A DNA stretch of 64,000 nt from the NCBI GenBank assembly GCA_963721805.1, contig CAVRJY010000001.1:576001-640000 (forward strand), in the 5' to 3' direction. Shown here one piece after another: positions 29,159 to 39,793 of this stretch (position 1 is the first letter of the stretch; each line of letters starts with the position of its first letter). The notes under the pieces were generated by a model that worked only from the letters and a program-made list of their open reading frames with translations, did not search any database and had not been told where the DNA came from. The DNA comes from Nitrospirota bacterium (lineage in GTDB: Bacteria > Nitrospirota > Thermodesulfovibrionia > Thermodesulfovibrionales > JdFR-86). Both the position numbers and the translations under genes were made by a program.

Positions 29159-30496
29159 ATGAACCGGCTCATACGATTGCTGAGTTCGCGGAAGCTCGCG
29201 GTGGTGCTGCTGGCCGTGATGGTGGCTGCGCTGCTGGGCTCGACTTATTTCCCCAACAAGTTCACGATTTCATCCCCGGCGGGGTGGGAACAGCTCAAGG
29301 CCGATAAACCCTACCTCTACGAGCTTTCAAAATACCTGTCCACCGACGAGCTGGTAAAGAGCTGGCCGTTTATAGGGCTCTCCGCGTTCCTGTTCCTCTC
29401 GACGCTCACCTGCACCGTGCTGCGCATCCTGCAGTGGATGAGGCTCAGGAAGACTGAATTTGAGAAGGAGAAGGCGTTTTCGTTCTCAAAGGAAGTCAGC
29501 TCTGACATGCCGGTGGACGAGGCGCGGCGCACGGTGCTTGGCCGCCTGTCTGAAAAGGGCTGGCAGTATGCCGAGGACGGCGGCGGGGTGCAGGCCCAGC
29601 AGGGCATCGCGCTTGGATTCCTCGGGTCCATATTGTTTCACGTCGGGCTCATTTGCGTATTCCTTGCCGCGCCCATAACGGCGCTGACGTCCATTACCGC
29701 CTCTGTAGTCCTCACGGACGGGATAACGGAGCAGTCGCTGCGCGATGTGGCCGACGGCGCGGGAGCGCGCCAGCTGCCCGACGTACAGATCACGGCAAGC
29801 GGGCTCTGGGGCAAGTATTATGAAGGCTTCTATAACGTGGACTTCGGGGGCACGCTCAAGATCGGCGACTGGGAAGGCCCGGTGCTGGTCAATAAGCCGG
29901 CATATTACGATGGATTTCAGTTCGCGCTGACGCAGTACGGATATTCCCCGTGCGTTAACGCAGAGTCCGGGGACGAAACGCTGATGCACGCGTGCTTCAA
30001 GCTCGACTACGATAAAGGCATGATGGAGCCTGCCGGCGTCCTAGGGCCGGGCATGTCGATGTACCTGATGTTTTTCCCTGACTTTGACCGCGAGGGGGGC
30101 AATCTCATGAGCAGGGGCAATGAGGCCAAAAACCCGGTGCTCCTCATCAAGCTTTACCGTGACGGAAAGGCGCTCCATAAAGGGTTCCTGCTTAAGCCCG
30201 GCGAGGAGGGCGAGTTTGAGGGTATGAGGTTCAGTTTCCCCGAGCTCCGCAACTGGGGCGGTTTCATGGTCACAAAGGAGTTCGGGATGGTCGTAGTCCT
30301 GATAGGCTCGCTCTTCGGCATCCCCGGGCTTCTGGTGAGGTTCCTGAGCAACGAGCGCAGGATAGAGTTTGAGTTCAGAGAGGCCGGAGGCGGCAGCAAG
30401 GTGCTCATCAGGGGCTATTCGCGATACTATCCGGCGTTTCTCGAAAAGGAAGTCATCGAGACCGCCGAGCTGTTTGACCGGGAAAGGAATAAATAG
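29159..30496 (+). CDS. resB: System II cytochrome c biogenesis protein ResB/CcsB
   Basis: N-terminal TM helices, GSILFHVGL conserved His, large periplasmic domain, C-terminal TM; adjacent to resC. Confidence 0.8.
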   Translation: MNRLIRLLSSRKLAVVLLAVMVAALLGSTYFPNKFTISSPAGWEQLKADKPYLYELSKYLSTDELVKSWPFIGLSAFLFLSTLTCTVLRILQWMRLRKTEFEKEKAFSFSKEVSSDMPVDEARRTVLGRLSEKGWQYAEDGGGVQAQQGIALGFLGSILFHVGLICVFLAAPITALTSITASVVLTDGITEQSLRDVADGAGARQLPDVQITASGLWGKYYEGFYNVDFGGTLKIGDWEGPVLVNKPAYYDGFQFALTQYGYSPCVNAESGDETLMHACFKLDYDKGMMEPAGVLGPGMSMYLMFFPDFDREGGNLMSRGNEAKNPVLLIKLYRDGKALHKGFLLKPGEEGEFEGMRFSFPELRNWGGFMVTKEFGMVVVLIGSLFGIPGLLVRFLSNERRIEFEFREAGGGSKVLIRGYSRYYPAFLEKEVIETAELFDRERNK

Positions 30497-30498
30497 CG

Positions 30499-31311
30499 AT
30501 GGGTACATATGAGGCCGTGTTCGTATGGGTTTCCATCTCGATATACGGCGCCGGCTTTCTGCTGTATCTCTCCGGCCTGGTATTCAAGAAGGAAAAGCAC
30601 CAGAGGTGGGGCTATGCGGCATCGCTGCTGGGTTTCGGGTTTCATACCGCGGCGATAGCCGCGCGCTGGATAGTGACCGGCCACCCGCCGGTGATGGCAA
30701 CGTACGAAAACGCCCTTATGGGCACTTGGGTCATGATGCTCACCTATATAATCATGTCGAGGGTGTTTCCGCCGGCCAAGGCCTTCGGGGTGGCGGTGCT
30801 CCCGCTTGCGCTGTTGATACTCGGCAACGGGGTGCAGACCGGCGGCGTGCTGAGGCCGCTTGAGCCCCCGTACAGGAGTCCCTGGCTGTATATACACGTG
30901 CTGTTTGCGTGGTTCGCGTTCGGCTCTTTCGTGACCGCGTTCGCCACAGGGGGGATGTATCTGCTGAAGACCCGCTCAAGCAAGGGCGTCCTGAGCCGCC
31001 TGCCCGAGCTAAAGGTGCTTGACGAACTCTCGCTGAGGCTCATACTATTCGGATTTTTCGCTATGGCCGTCACGATAGTATGCGGGGCGATATGGGCTCG
31101 CAGCCTCTGGGGCAGATACTGGGGGTGGGACCCGGTCGAGACCTGGTCGCTGATATCATGGCTGATATACGGCCTGAACCTGCATCTGCGCATAACGATG
31201 GGCTGGCGCGGCAAGCGCGCAGCGTGGCTCGCGATCGTATCGCTGGTCGGAGTAGGATGCCTGTTTTTCGGGGTTGGTTTCGTCTCGAACCTCCATACCG
31301 GGATTTTTTGA
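30499..31311 (+). CDS. ccsA: System II cytochrome c biogenesis protein ResC/CcsA
   Basis: WWD-type motif GAIWARSLWGRYWGWDPVETWSLISW; WLYIHV; terminal LH. Confidence 0.92.
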   Translation: MGTYEAVFVWVSISIYGAGFLLYLSGLVFKKEKHQRWGYAASLLGFGFHTAAIAARWIVTGHPPVMATYENALMGTWVMMLTYIIMSRVFPPAKAFGVAVLPLALLILGNGVQTGGVLRPLEPPYRSPWLYIHVLFAWFAFGSFVTAFATGGMYLLKTRSSKGVLSRLPELKVLDELSLRLILFGFFAMAVTIVCGAIWARSLWGRYWGWDPVETWSLISWLIYGLNLHLRITMGWRGKRAAWLAIVSLVGVGCLFFGVGFVSNLHTGIF

Positions 31312-31508
31312 ACCGTCCGCGCCCCGGGGGTTGCGCTTCAAGGACCGCGGCAAGGTCTGATATCTCGACCGGGGGCTGTGGCAAATCACACATCATGGGC
31401 TATATAGCCCATCTGTTTAGCGGATTTATAGTGACATAAAATGACAATATGAATATTGCATGAAGGAATTGTCTTTTAAATAGAGCGTATTTCTCTCTGC
31501 CATGATCA

Positions 31509-31524
31509 TGGCACGCCTATTGCA
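31509..31524 (+). promoter_or_regulatory. Sigma54 (-24/-12) promoter of the cytochrome gene
   Basis: TGGCAC-GCCTA-TTGCA matches TGGCAC-N5-TTGCW exactly; AT-rich tract upstream. Confidence 0.88.
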
Positions 31525-31575
31525 CTCGTTTATGCGGTTAAGGTTCTAAATCCAGATGGAAAGGAGGTGAAAACT

Positions 31576-32361
31576 ATGAAAAAGACAATAATTTTAGCCC
31601 TTGCGATTAGCATGGTCATCGCTGGCGTTGCTATGGCGTCGGTTGTAAGCTCCAAGCACGACATGCGTTACATCGCCCTTCCTGGGACCGCCCTGGCCAA
31701 CAGGATCACTGCAGGACCTACTGAGATGACCTCACAGGTCTGCGTGTTCTGTCACCATCCTCACCGCGGCGCGACCTCAAACGGCGTGACCAACACCCTG
31801 CTGTGGAACATCAATGCGGCGGCTCACAACTATCCGGTCTATGCGAATACCGCTACGCTGGATTACGCAACGCATGCCGATGGCTACACTGTAGGCACGG
31901 ACACTGGCGAGGATGCAAGGTACACCCTGCTTTGCCTGGGTTGTCATGACGGTACGACCGCAGTTGCTTCCAACTCGTTCATCCGCACGGCAGCTGACGG
32001 CTCTCTGGGTGCCTTCCCGGATCTGACCCAGACGAACACTTCAGACAACGGCGCAGCCAACCTTGGCACGACCCTCGCGGACGACCATCCGGTTGACTTC
32101 ACGTACCCGACTCTGAGGGCTGGTTCCGACACTGACGTCAACATCGTTGTTACCGGTGGTAAGGTTGACGGCGAGGCGGACGGAATCCAGGTTCTGTATC
32201 CTCTCTTCGGCGGCACGATGCAGTGCGCCACCTGTCATGACGTTCACAACGGCAGCTCGCCGCACGTGGAGTTCATGAGGGGTCTCAATCCTGCTGACAT
32301 GTCCGAGCAGGACGTTATCACCAGCTCCAAGATCTGCAGGGACTGCCACACCCACAAATAG
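31576..32361 (+). CDS. Secreted tetraheme c-type cytochrome, OmcE-like
   Basis: Signal peptide; four CxxCH (CVFCH, CLGCH, CATCH, CRDCH); KHD, LWN, CHDG, ANLGTTLADDHPV motifs; SD AAGGAGG spaced for ATG 31576. Confidence 0.9.
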   Translation: MKKTIILALAISMVIAGVAMASVVSSKHDMRYIALPGTALANRITAGPTEMTSQVCVFCHHPHRGATSNGVTNTLLWNINAAAHNYPVYANTATLDYATHADGYTVGTDTGEDARYTLLCLGCHDGTTAVASNSFIRTAADGSLGAFPDLTQTNTSDNGAANLGTTLADDHPVDFTYPTLRAGSDTDVNIVVTGGKVDGEADGIQVLYPLFGGTMQCATCHDVHNGSSPHVEFMRGLNPADMSEQDVITSSKICRDCHTHK

Positions 32362-32389
32362 TGGTTACTGTTCGCAAGCGACTTGCCGG

Positions 32390-32417
32390 GGGGGCCTGAA
32401 AAGGCCCCCTCTTTTTT
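32390..32417 (+). terminator. Intrinsic terminator after the cytochrome gene
   Basis: GGGGGCCT-GAAA-AGGCCCCC followed by TCTTTTTT. Confidence 0.85.
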
Positions 32418-32584
32418 GGCGGCTGAATGTCGACGACTGTCCGCTGAATTAGCGGGACACGGCTGTCCCCCTGAATCTGCCCGTCAGGCCCCGGAGTGAG
32501 AGGCGCCTTCCGCGCCTCGAATAGGGAGAGGTGCCCGTGGCACCCTTTGACAAAGAGTTTTCCTATTGATTAAGCTAAATGATT

Positions 32585-33844
32585 ATGCTAAAGAATACTG
32601 AAGAAATAACCAAGACGAAGAAGCGCATCACGTTTGAGATCCCGGCCGAGGCATTTGAGGCCGAGTTCCAGAAGGCCGTGACCGAAATCAGGGCCAAGAC
32701 GCGGCTGCCCGGCTTCAGGCCCGGCAAGGCCCCGCTTGCGATGATCGAGAAACGCTTCAGCAAAGAGATAGAGGGCGAGGTGATGGAGAAGGTCATCCCG
32801 CGCTTTTACTCCGAGGCGCTCACAGAGGCTGGCATCACGCCTGTGACCGAGCCCGTGATCGAGGGCGGCATGGACTTCAAACGCAACAGCCCTATGACGA
32901 TCACCTTCACGGTCGAGTTCCGGCCGGAGGTCGGGGACATATCCTTCGAGGGCATTACGGTAAGGCGGCTCTCGGCCGATGTGGACGAAAAGGACATCGA
33001 CGAGACGCTCGTACGCATCAGGGACGAGCGGGCGCAGTTCGAGCCCTCCGACGCCCCGGCCAGGGATAACGACCTTGTGCTGATCGACTACGACGAGCGC
33101 GAGGGCGGAGACTCCCACAAGGACGAGGCGTTCCGCGTCGGCGCCGAGACGATGCCGCTCGGGTTTTACGAGAAGATCAAGGGGCTCAAGAAGGGCGACA
33201 AGGCCACGGTCGAGGTGACATACCCGGCCGACCATCACACAAAGGAACTGGCCGGACAGACGCGCAGGGTTGACGTGACCGTAAAAGAGGTCAAGAGCCC
33301 GGTCATGCCTGAGCTGGACGACGAGTTCGCCAAGGACCTCGGTCTCGACAGCCTGGAGGCGCTCAGGCAGAAGGTGCGCGAGAGGCTCGGCGAGGCGCGC
33401 GAGAGGACCTCGCGCCGCGTGATGAAGGCCGAGGCGATGAAGAAGCTCCTCGATCTCCATACGTTCGAGGTGCCCGAGACGCTGGTCCAGCGCGAAATGG
33501 AGTCCCTGATCGACAACGCCCGGATGAGCGGCCGCAAGGACGACCCTATCGAGGCCCTGCGCGCCGATTTCAGCGGCCCGGCCGAGCGCAACGTCCGCGC
33601 ATCGATGCTCCTGCAGATCATAGGGGAGCGCGAGAAAGTCGAGGTCACGGAACCAGAGCTGCGGGAGCGGGTCATGGCCATAGCGTCCGAGATGAGGCTA
33701 TCGCCCGAGAACGTCATGAAGTACTATATATCCAGGGACGGCAACCTCGACGGCCTGCGCCACGGGGTTTTGGAAGACAAGGTCCTCGACCTGGTCATCG
33801 AGAAGGTCCAGCAGGTCGAGATGCAGGAGGAGACAACGGCATGA
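32585..33844 (+). CDS. tig: Trigger factor
   Basis: [10 protein letters not shown] ribosome-binding motif; tig-clpP-clpX synteny; promoter TTGACA (32547), 18 nt, TAAGCT upstream. Confidence 0.95.
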   Translation: MLKNTEEITKTKKRITFEIPAEAFEAEFQKAVTEIRAKTRLPGFRPGKAPLAMIEKRFSKEIEGEVMEKVIPRFYSEALTEAGITPVTEPVIEGGMDFKRNSPMTITFTVEFRPEVGDISFEGITVRRLSADVDEKDIDETLVRIRDERAQFEPSDAPARDNDLVLIDYDEREGGDSHKDEAFRVGAETMPLGFYEKIKGLKKGDKATVEVTYPADHHTKELAGQTRRVDVTVKEVKSPVMPELDDEFAKDLGLDSLEALRQKVRERLGEARERTSRRVMKAEAMKKLLDLHTFEVPETLVQREMESLIDNARMSGRKDDPIEALRADFSGPAERNVRASMLLQIIGEREKVEVTEPELRERVMAIASEMRLSPENVMKYYISRDGNLDGLRHGVLEDKVLDLVIEKVQQVEMQEETTA

Positions 33845-34434
33845 GCATTATCCCGTTCGTAATCGAACAGACCGGGCGCACCGAGCGCTCGTATGACATC
33901 TTCTCGCGCCTCCTTAAGGACCGCATCGTCTTCATCGGCACCGGCATAGACGACAACGTCGCCAACATAGTGATCGCGCAGCTCCTGTTCCTGCAGACCG
34001 AGGACCCGGAGAAGGACATCCACATATACGTCAACTCCCCCGGCGGGCTCGTCTCGGCCGGGCTGGCTATTTACGATACGATGCAGTTCGTCAAGCCCGA
34101 CATCTGCACCTACTGCATCGGGCAGGCCGCGAGCATGGGCGCGATACTGCTTATGGCCGGCACGAAGGGCAAGCGCTTCTCGCTCCCGAACTCGAAGGTC
34201 ATGATCCACCAGCCGATGGGCGGGTTCAAGGGCCAGGCCACCGAAATCGAGATACATGCAAAAGAGATACTGAAGACGCGTGACACAATTAACCGGATCA
34301 TCCAGCGCCACACGGGCCAGGACCTCTCGAAGATCGAGGTCGACACGGACCGCGACTACTTCATGACGGCCGAAGAGGCCAAGGCCTACGGATGTGTGGA
34401 CGAGGTCATATCGAACGTCAAGGACAAGGCCTAG
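33841..34434 (+). CDS. clpP: Clp protease proteolytic subunit
   Basis: [37 protein letters not shown]. Confidence 0.98.
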   Translation: MSIIPFVIEQTGRTERSYDIFSRLLKDRIVFIGTGIDDNVANIVIAQLLFLQTEDPEKDIHIYVNSPGGLVSAGLAIYDTMQFVKPDICTYCIGQAASMGAILLMAGTKGKRFSLPNSKVMIHQPMGGFKGQATEIEIHAKEILKTRDTINRIIQRHTGQDLSKIEVDTDRDYFMTAEEAKAYGCVDEVISNVKDKA

Positions 34435-34477
34435 GCCGCGCCCGCTAGGCACTTTCTTCGAAAGGATTTATATAGAA

Positions 34478-35713
34478 ATGGCGAAAAAGGAAGACCAGCA
34501 GTTTAAGTGCTCCTTTTGCGGACGGACGCAAGAGGACGTCAAGAAGCTCATAGCTGGCCCCTCGGTCTATATCTGCGACGAGTGCGTCGGCCTCTGCAAC
34601 GACATCATCGCCGATGAACTCCACGAGGAGATCAAGGGCGACGTCATACAGAAGCTCCCCGCTCCGAAGGAGATAAAGAAGTTTCTCGACGAGTACGTCA
34701 TCGGCCAGGAGCGCGCGAAGAAGATCCTCTCGGTCGCGGTCTATAACCACTTCAAGCGCATATACTCGCAAAACGACAGCGACAACATAGAGCTCCAGAA
34801 AAGCAACATCCTGCTCGTGGGCCCCACCGGCACCGGCAAGACCCTGCTCGCCCAGACGCTGGCGCGCATCCTTGACGTGCCGTTTACTATCGCGGACGCC
34901 ACGACGCTCACCGAGGCCGGATATGTCGGCGAGGACGTCGAGAACATCATCCTCAAGCTCCTGCAATCGGCAGAGTATGACGTCGAGCGCGCGCAGCGGG
35001 GGATCATCTACATAGACGAGATCGACAAGATCTCAAGAAAGTCCGACAATCCATCAATAACGCGTGACGTCTCGGGCGAGGGCGTGCAGCAGGCCCTGCT
35101 GAAGCTCATCGAGGGCACCGTGGCCAACATCCCGCCGCAGGGCGGCAGGAAACACCCGCAGCAGGAATACATCCAGATAAACACGACCAACATCCTATTT
35201 ATATGCGGCGGGGCGTTTACGGGGATGGAGGACGTCGTAGGGCAGCGCACGGGCAAGAAGGTCGTCGGGTTCGGCGCGGACCTGAAGGGCCGCAAGAACC
35301 GCAAGGCCAGCGAGCTGCTCTCGATGGTCGAGCCCCAGGACCTGATCAAGTACGGCATGATCCCGGAATTCGTCGGCAGGATGCCGGTCGTCGCCACACT
35401 CGACGACCTCGACGAGTCTCAGCTCGTGCAGATACTCAGCGAGCCCAAAAACGCGCTGGTCAAGCAGTACCAGAAGCTGTTCATGCTCGACAACGTGAGG
35501 CTCCGCTTCACCGAGGGCGCGCTCAGGTCCGTCGCCAAGAAGGCCTTGAAACGCAAGGGCGGCGCGCGCGGGCTCCGTGCGGTGTTAGAGGAGACGATGC
35601 TCGACGTGATGTACGAGATACCCTCTGACAAGAGCATCACCGAGTGCGTGATAGCCGAGGACGTGGTCGAGCGCGGCGAGACGCCGCTGCTCGTCAAGCG
35701 CCAGACGGCCTAG
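34478..35713 (+). CDS. clpX: Clp protease ATP-binding subunit ClpX
   Basis: CSFCG...ICDEC zinc finger, [31 protein letters not shown]. Confidence 0.98.
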   Translation: MAKKEDQQFKCSFCGRTQEDVKKLIAGPSVYICDECVGLCNDIIADELHEEIKGDVIQKLPAPKEIKKFLDEYVIGQERAKKILSVAVYNHFKRIYSQNDSDNIELQKSNILLVGPTGTGKTLLAQTLARILDVPFTIADATTLTEAGYVGEDVENIILKLLQSAEYDVERAQRGIIYIDEIDKISRKSDNPSITRDVSGEGVQQALLKLIEGTVANIPPQGGRKHPQQEYIQINTTNILFICGGAFTGMEDVVGQRTGKKVVGFGADLKGRKNRKASELLSMVEPQDLIKYGMIPEFVGRMPVVATLDDLDESQLVQILSEPKNALVKQYQKLFMLDNVRLRFTEGALRSVAKKALKRKGGARGLRAVLEETMLDVMYEIPSDKSITECVIAEDVVERGETPLLVKRQTA

Positions 35714-35733
35714 GGGGCCACGGCCCCTTTTTT
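35714..35733 (+). terminator. Intrinsic terminator after clpX
   Basis: GGGGCCACGGCCCC followed by a T run. Confidence 0.75.
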
Positions 35734-35890
35734 ATAACGGACGCGCTGCATATTAGCGCGGGGTGAACGGTAAAAGTATCGGCGCGGTCGGCTTATGTTA
35801 ACGGCTGGCCGCGCTGTTTTTCACCCATTGGGGGACACGGTCCCCTTTTTATACCGCATCATATTTCTTCATACTTGATGCCGTACCCTT

Positions 35891-35977
35891 GGAGGGGTGG
35901 CTGAGCGGTTTAAGGCGGCGGTCTTGAAAACCGTTGTAGGGGTGACCCTACCGTGGGTTCGAATCCCACCTCCTCCG
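35891..35977 (+). tRNA. tRNA-Ser (anticodon TGA), CCA not encoded
   Basis: Acceptor GGAGGGG/CCTCCTCC, anticodon arm GCGGT-CTTGAAA-ACCGT, long variable arm GTAGGG-GTGA-CCCTAC, T arm GTGGG-TTCGAAT-CCCAC. Confidence 0.96.
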
Positions 35978-36151
35978 TATCCTCAAATCTTTGCCCGGCA
36001 AGGGTTTGCGCCTGAAACCACCCCCAGAATCTCGTTCTGGAGCTATCTTCAAACGCACACGCATCAAGGATGCTTTTGGGGGAGATTGTGTGTATAAGAA
36101 AAGGGACCTTCCCTCTTGGGGAAAGGGGACCTATCTCCATTCATTGTTCCA

Positions 36152-36706
36152 CTATGAGTTAGAAAATGCCAACTCTTTTCCCTGTTCCATCCTGAACTGA
36201 TCCGGTGTCAGATTACCCAAGCAACTGTGTGGCCGCTCTTGGTTATATTCTATGCGCCACTCTTCAACAACCCGCCTTGCATGATCGAGGCTCAGAAACC
36301 AGTTCTGATTAAGGCACTCGTCACGCAGCTTGCCATTGAAGCTCTCCATGAAAGCATTGTCAACAGGCTTGCCTGGCCGTTTAAACTGTAGCTTAATCCA
36401 TCTCTCATAGGCCCAGGCATCAAGTGCATTGCTGATGAACTCCGGGCCATTATCAACCCTGATATGGTCTGGCAAGCCCCGCATAGCTCCTACACGGCTT
36501 AAGGCTTCTGCGACCCTCTGGCCTCCGATTGAAGTGTCCACCTCGATCCTGAGACATTCTCTCGTGTACGTATCAATGATTGGCAGCAAGCGTATACGCC
36601 TGCCGTTACTCAGGGCATCGCTGACAAAGTCCATCGACCATAACTCGTTGATGCGCAGAGCCTTCGGTTGCTCAACCCTTCCCTGAGGCCTCGTTTTCGC
36701 GTGCAC
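36152..36706 (-). mobile_element. IS3-family transposase remnant (integrase core only)
   Basis: NELWSMDF, RVDNGPEF, PGKPVDNAFMESFNGKLRDECLN, YNQERPHS; the N-terminal part and OrfA are missing. Confidence 0.88.
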
Positions 36707-36964
36707 GGGGGATGAGTTTATCCCGGGAAAGGCTCAACGCGGTTTCGACGCTTCTGAGCAAGGAATACGGCATCCCCGAATCCGCCATTAGGGTCAGCGT
36801 AGGCAAAAATACAGTGAAGGAACCACAAGTCAAAATTTCCATCAGTATCCAGCACGGTGAAGTTTAACGAATTGTATTAATTGCGAGACGTGAAAGCTCT
36901 TATCCTCCTTGACCTTTCCCGCATGTTGCACTAAGATGAGGCTAAATCAAGGAGGTACTTCAAA

Positions 36965-37978
36965 ATGGCCAGTAATAATGAGGACCGGTATGAGAGGGCT
37001 ACGTTTGCCGGGGGATGCTTTTGGTGCATGGTGCCGCCGTTTGAGCACATCAACGGCGTTAAACAGATAATCACCGGGTATACGGGCGGCACAAAGGAGA
37101 ACCCCACCTACGATGAGGTTTCAGGCGGGGCTACAGGGCATTTTGAGGCCGTAGAGATTACCTTTGACCCCTCGCTGGTGACATACGAGAGACTGCTTGC
37201 GGTCTTCTGGCGGCAGATCGACCCCACCGACCCCGACGGTCAGTTCACGAACCGTGGGCCTCAGTATCGTACCGCGATTTTCTATCACTCGCCTGAGCAG
37301 AAAGCAATGGCCGAGCAATCAATGACCGCGCTTCAGCAATCAGGAAGGTTCCTCGACGAGATTGTCACCGAGATACTGCCAGCAGGGAAGTTTTATCCAG
37401 CCGAGGGTGTTCATCAGGGTTACCACAAGCAGAACAGGGCAAAGTATAAGGCCTACCGGCAGAACTCCGGACGTGATCTGTTCATCAGGCAGACGTGGGG
37501 TGCCGAGGCGCACCCGGAGCGTCCGCATAGAAAATGGATGGACGCTGTGAAGCCCTCGGACGGGGAACTCAAATCAAGGCTCACCGCCCTGCAATACGAG
37601 GTCACGCAGAAGAATGAGACAGAGCCTGCGTTCGACAACGAATACGCGGACAACAAGCGCGAGGGCATATACGTGGACATCGTCTCCGGGGAGCCGCTGT
37701 TCAGCTCTCTGGATAAGTATGATTCCGGCACCGGATGGCCGAGCTTCACCGAGGCGCTAGAATATAGCAACATCGTCCTGAGTGACGATTCAAGCTTCTT
37801 TAAGGACAGGACAGAGGTCAAGAGCGCTCATGCCGGATCTCACCTCGGTCACCTGTTCAAGGATGGTCCTGAGCCTACAGGCGACAGGTATTGCATGAAC
37901 TCCGCGGCCCTGAGGTTTGTATCAAAGGAAGACCTCGAAAAGGAAGGCTACGGGGAATATCTGGAGTTGTTTGAGTAA
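36965..37978 (+). CDS. msrAB: Bifunctional methionine sulfoxide reductase MsrA/MsrB
   Basis: MsrA FAGGCFWC; Msr[24 protein letters not shown]. Confidence 0.95.
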   Translation: MASNNEDRYERATFAGGCFWCMVPPFEHINGVKQIITGYTGGTKENPTYDEVSGGATGHFEAVEITFDPSLVTYERLLAVFWRQIDPTDPDGQFTNRGPQYRTAIFYHSPEQKAMAEQSMTALQQSGRFLDEIVTEILPAGKFYPAEGVHQGYHKQNRAKYKAYRQNSGRDLFIRQTWGAEAHPERPHRKWMDAVKPSDGELKSRLTALQYEVTQKNETEPAFDNEYADNKREGIYVDIVSGEPLFSSLDKYDSGTGWPSFTEALEYSNIVLSDDSSFFKDRTEVKSAHAGSHLGHLFKDGPEPTGDRYCMNSAALRFVSKEDLEKEGYGEYLELFE

Positions 37979-38131
37979 AGGGTCAACGCCAGGCGAATTA
38001 TCGAAAACACAAAAGCCGTCGAATCCTAGGTGCATCATACAAAGCCTGTATAAGCGGAGCCGGGCATATCATGATGATCTGGAGGATGCCTAATAAAACA
38101 ATACATCATCAGGTCAGATAAAGAGAGAACT

Positions 38132-39793
38132 ATGGGAATAAGCCCCCTTGCTGGGAAACATGCCGCCCCGGCGATGCTGGTAAATGTACCCAAACTTATC
38201 GCAGCCTATTATACCGGGGTGCCTGACCCTTCGGTGCCGTGGCAGAGGGTATCCTTTGGCACATCGGGACATCGCGGCTCGTCTTTTGATAACACTTTCA
38301 ACGAGTGGCACATCCTCGCCATCACACAGGCGATATGTCTGTACCGCAGGCAGCAGAAAATCGGCGGTCCGCTGTACTTGGGCATGGACACGCACGCGCT
38401 ATCAGTTCCGGCCCATGCAAGCGCGTTGGAGGTGCTGGCCGCCAACGGGGTCGAGGTCATGCTTTCAGAGGCAGATGAATACACCCCTACACCCGTCATA
38501 TCACATGCGATTCTCACATATAACCGGGGGCGCAAGACCTCTTTCGCCGACGGCATCGTGATAACGCCCTCGCACAACCCGCCCCAAGATGGGGGATTTA
38601 AATACAACCCTCCAAGCGGAGGGCCTGCGGAGAGCGCCGTCACAGCGTGGATCGAAGCGAAGGCGAACGAATTTCTCGAAAACGGTCTTCAAGGGGTTAA
38701 GAGGATTCCGGTGGAGCTTGCCCTTCGCGCAACCACTACGCACAGGCACGACTACCTCAACACTTACGTTGCTGACCTTGGCAATGTGATCGACATGGAC
38801 GTCATCCGCAGTGCTAAGATCAGCATTGGAGTCGATCCGCTGGGCGGTTCCGGGGTACACTACTGGGGGCCGATTGCCGAGCGCTATGGCCTCGACCTCA
38901 CTGTTGTCAACGATTCGGTTGATCCGACTTTCCGGTTTATGACGGTAGACTGGGACGGTCAGATCCGCATGGATCCCTCATCGCCTTATGTAATGAAGGG
39001 ATTGATCGACCTGAAGGATCGCTTCGATATCACCTGTGCCTGCGACGCTGACCACGACCGGCACGGGATCGTCACCAAAAGCGAAGGCCTTATGCCGCCG
39101 AACCATTACCTCTCAGTCGCGATCTCATATCTCTTCCCGCACCGGCCCGAGTGGCGCAAAGACGCAGCTGTCGGCAAGACCGTGGTGAGCAGCCAGATGA
39201 TCGACCGCGTAACGGCCAGGCTGGGACGGAGGCTTTACGAGGTGCCGGTCGGCTTTAAGTGGTTCGTCGACGGCCTGCTGGACGGCTCACTCGGCTTCGG
39301 CGGTGAAGAGAGCGCTGGAGCGTCGTTTGTCCGCCGCGATGGCAGCGTCTGGACGACCGACAAGGACGGGTTCATCCCGTCGTTGCTCGCTACAGAGATC
39401 ACGGCCCGTATGGGGCGCGATCCCGGCGAACTATACCGCGAACTAATCGGTGAGTTTGGTGAGCCGCAATACGACAGGGTCGAGGCCCCGGCCACGCGTG
39501 AGCAAAAGGCGATGCTCGGGCGGCTTTCACCCCAGCAGGTTAAGACCGCAGAGTTGGCTGGGGAGAAGATCTTGACCATACTCACCCATGCGCCGGGCAA
39601 CGGTGCGTCCATAGGCGGGCTGAAAGTAATCGCGGAAAGCGGATGGTTCGCGGCGCGTCCGTCAGGGACCGAGGACATCTACAAAATATATGCAGAGAGC
39701 TTTCTAGGCAAGGAGCATCTGCGCCTCATCCTGCAGGAAGCCCAAGCCATCGTCAACGATACCCTGGCTGCGCGCGATTCAGAGAAGCCATGA
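38132..39793 (+). CDS. pgm: Phosphoglucomutase (alpha-D-glucose-1,6-bisphosphate-dependent)
   Basis: [45 protein letters not shown]. Confidence 0.96.
   Translation: MGISPLAGKHAAPAMLVNVPKLIAAYYTGVPDPSVPWQRVSFGTSGHRGSSFDNTFNEWHILAITQAICLYRRQQKIGGPLYLGMDTHALSVPAHASALEVLAANGVEVMLSEADEYTPTPVISHAILTYNRGRKTSFADGIVITPSHNPPQDGGFKYNPPSGGPAESAVTAWIEAKANEFLENGLQGVKRIPVELALRATTTHRHDYLNTYVADLGNVIDMDVIRSAKISIGVDPLGGSGVHYWGPIAERYGLDLTVVNDSVDPTFRFMTVDWDGQIRMDPSSPYVMKGLIDLKDRFDITCACDADHDRHGIVTKSEGLMPPNHYLSVAISYLFPHRPEWRKDAAVGKTVVSSQMIDRVTARLGRRLYEVPVGFKWFVDGLLDGSLGFGGEESAGASFVRRDGSVWTTDKDGFIPSLLATEITARMGRDPGELYRELIGEFGEPQYDRVEAPATREQKAMLGRLSPQQVKTAELAGEKILTILTHAPGNGASIGGLKVIAESGWFAARPSGTEDIYKIYAESFLGKEHLRLILQEAQAIVNDTLAARDSEKP

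Noticed and set aside
35891..35977. tRNA-Sec (selC), suggested by selB and a TGA in the anticodon loop
   Set aside because: Anticodon TGA reads UCA (Ser); tRNA-Sec needs anticodon TCA and a longer acceptor stem.
36965..37978. MsrA or MsrB as additional selenoproteins
   Set aside because: Catalytic positions are ordinary Cys codons with no in-frame TGA.
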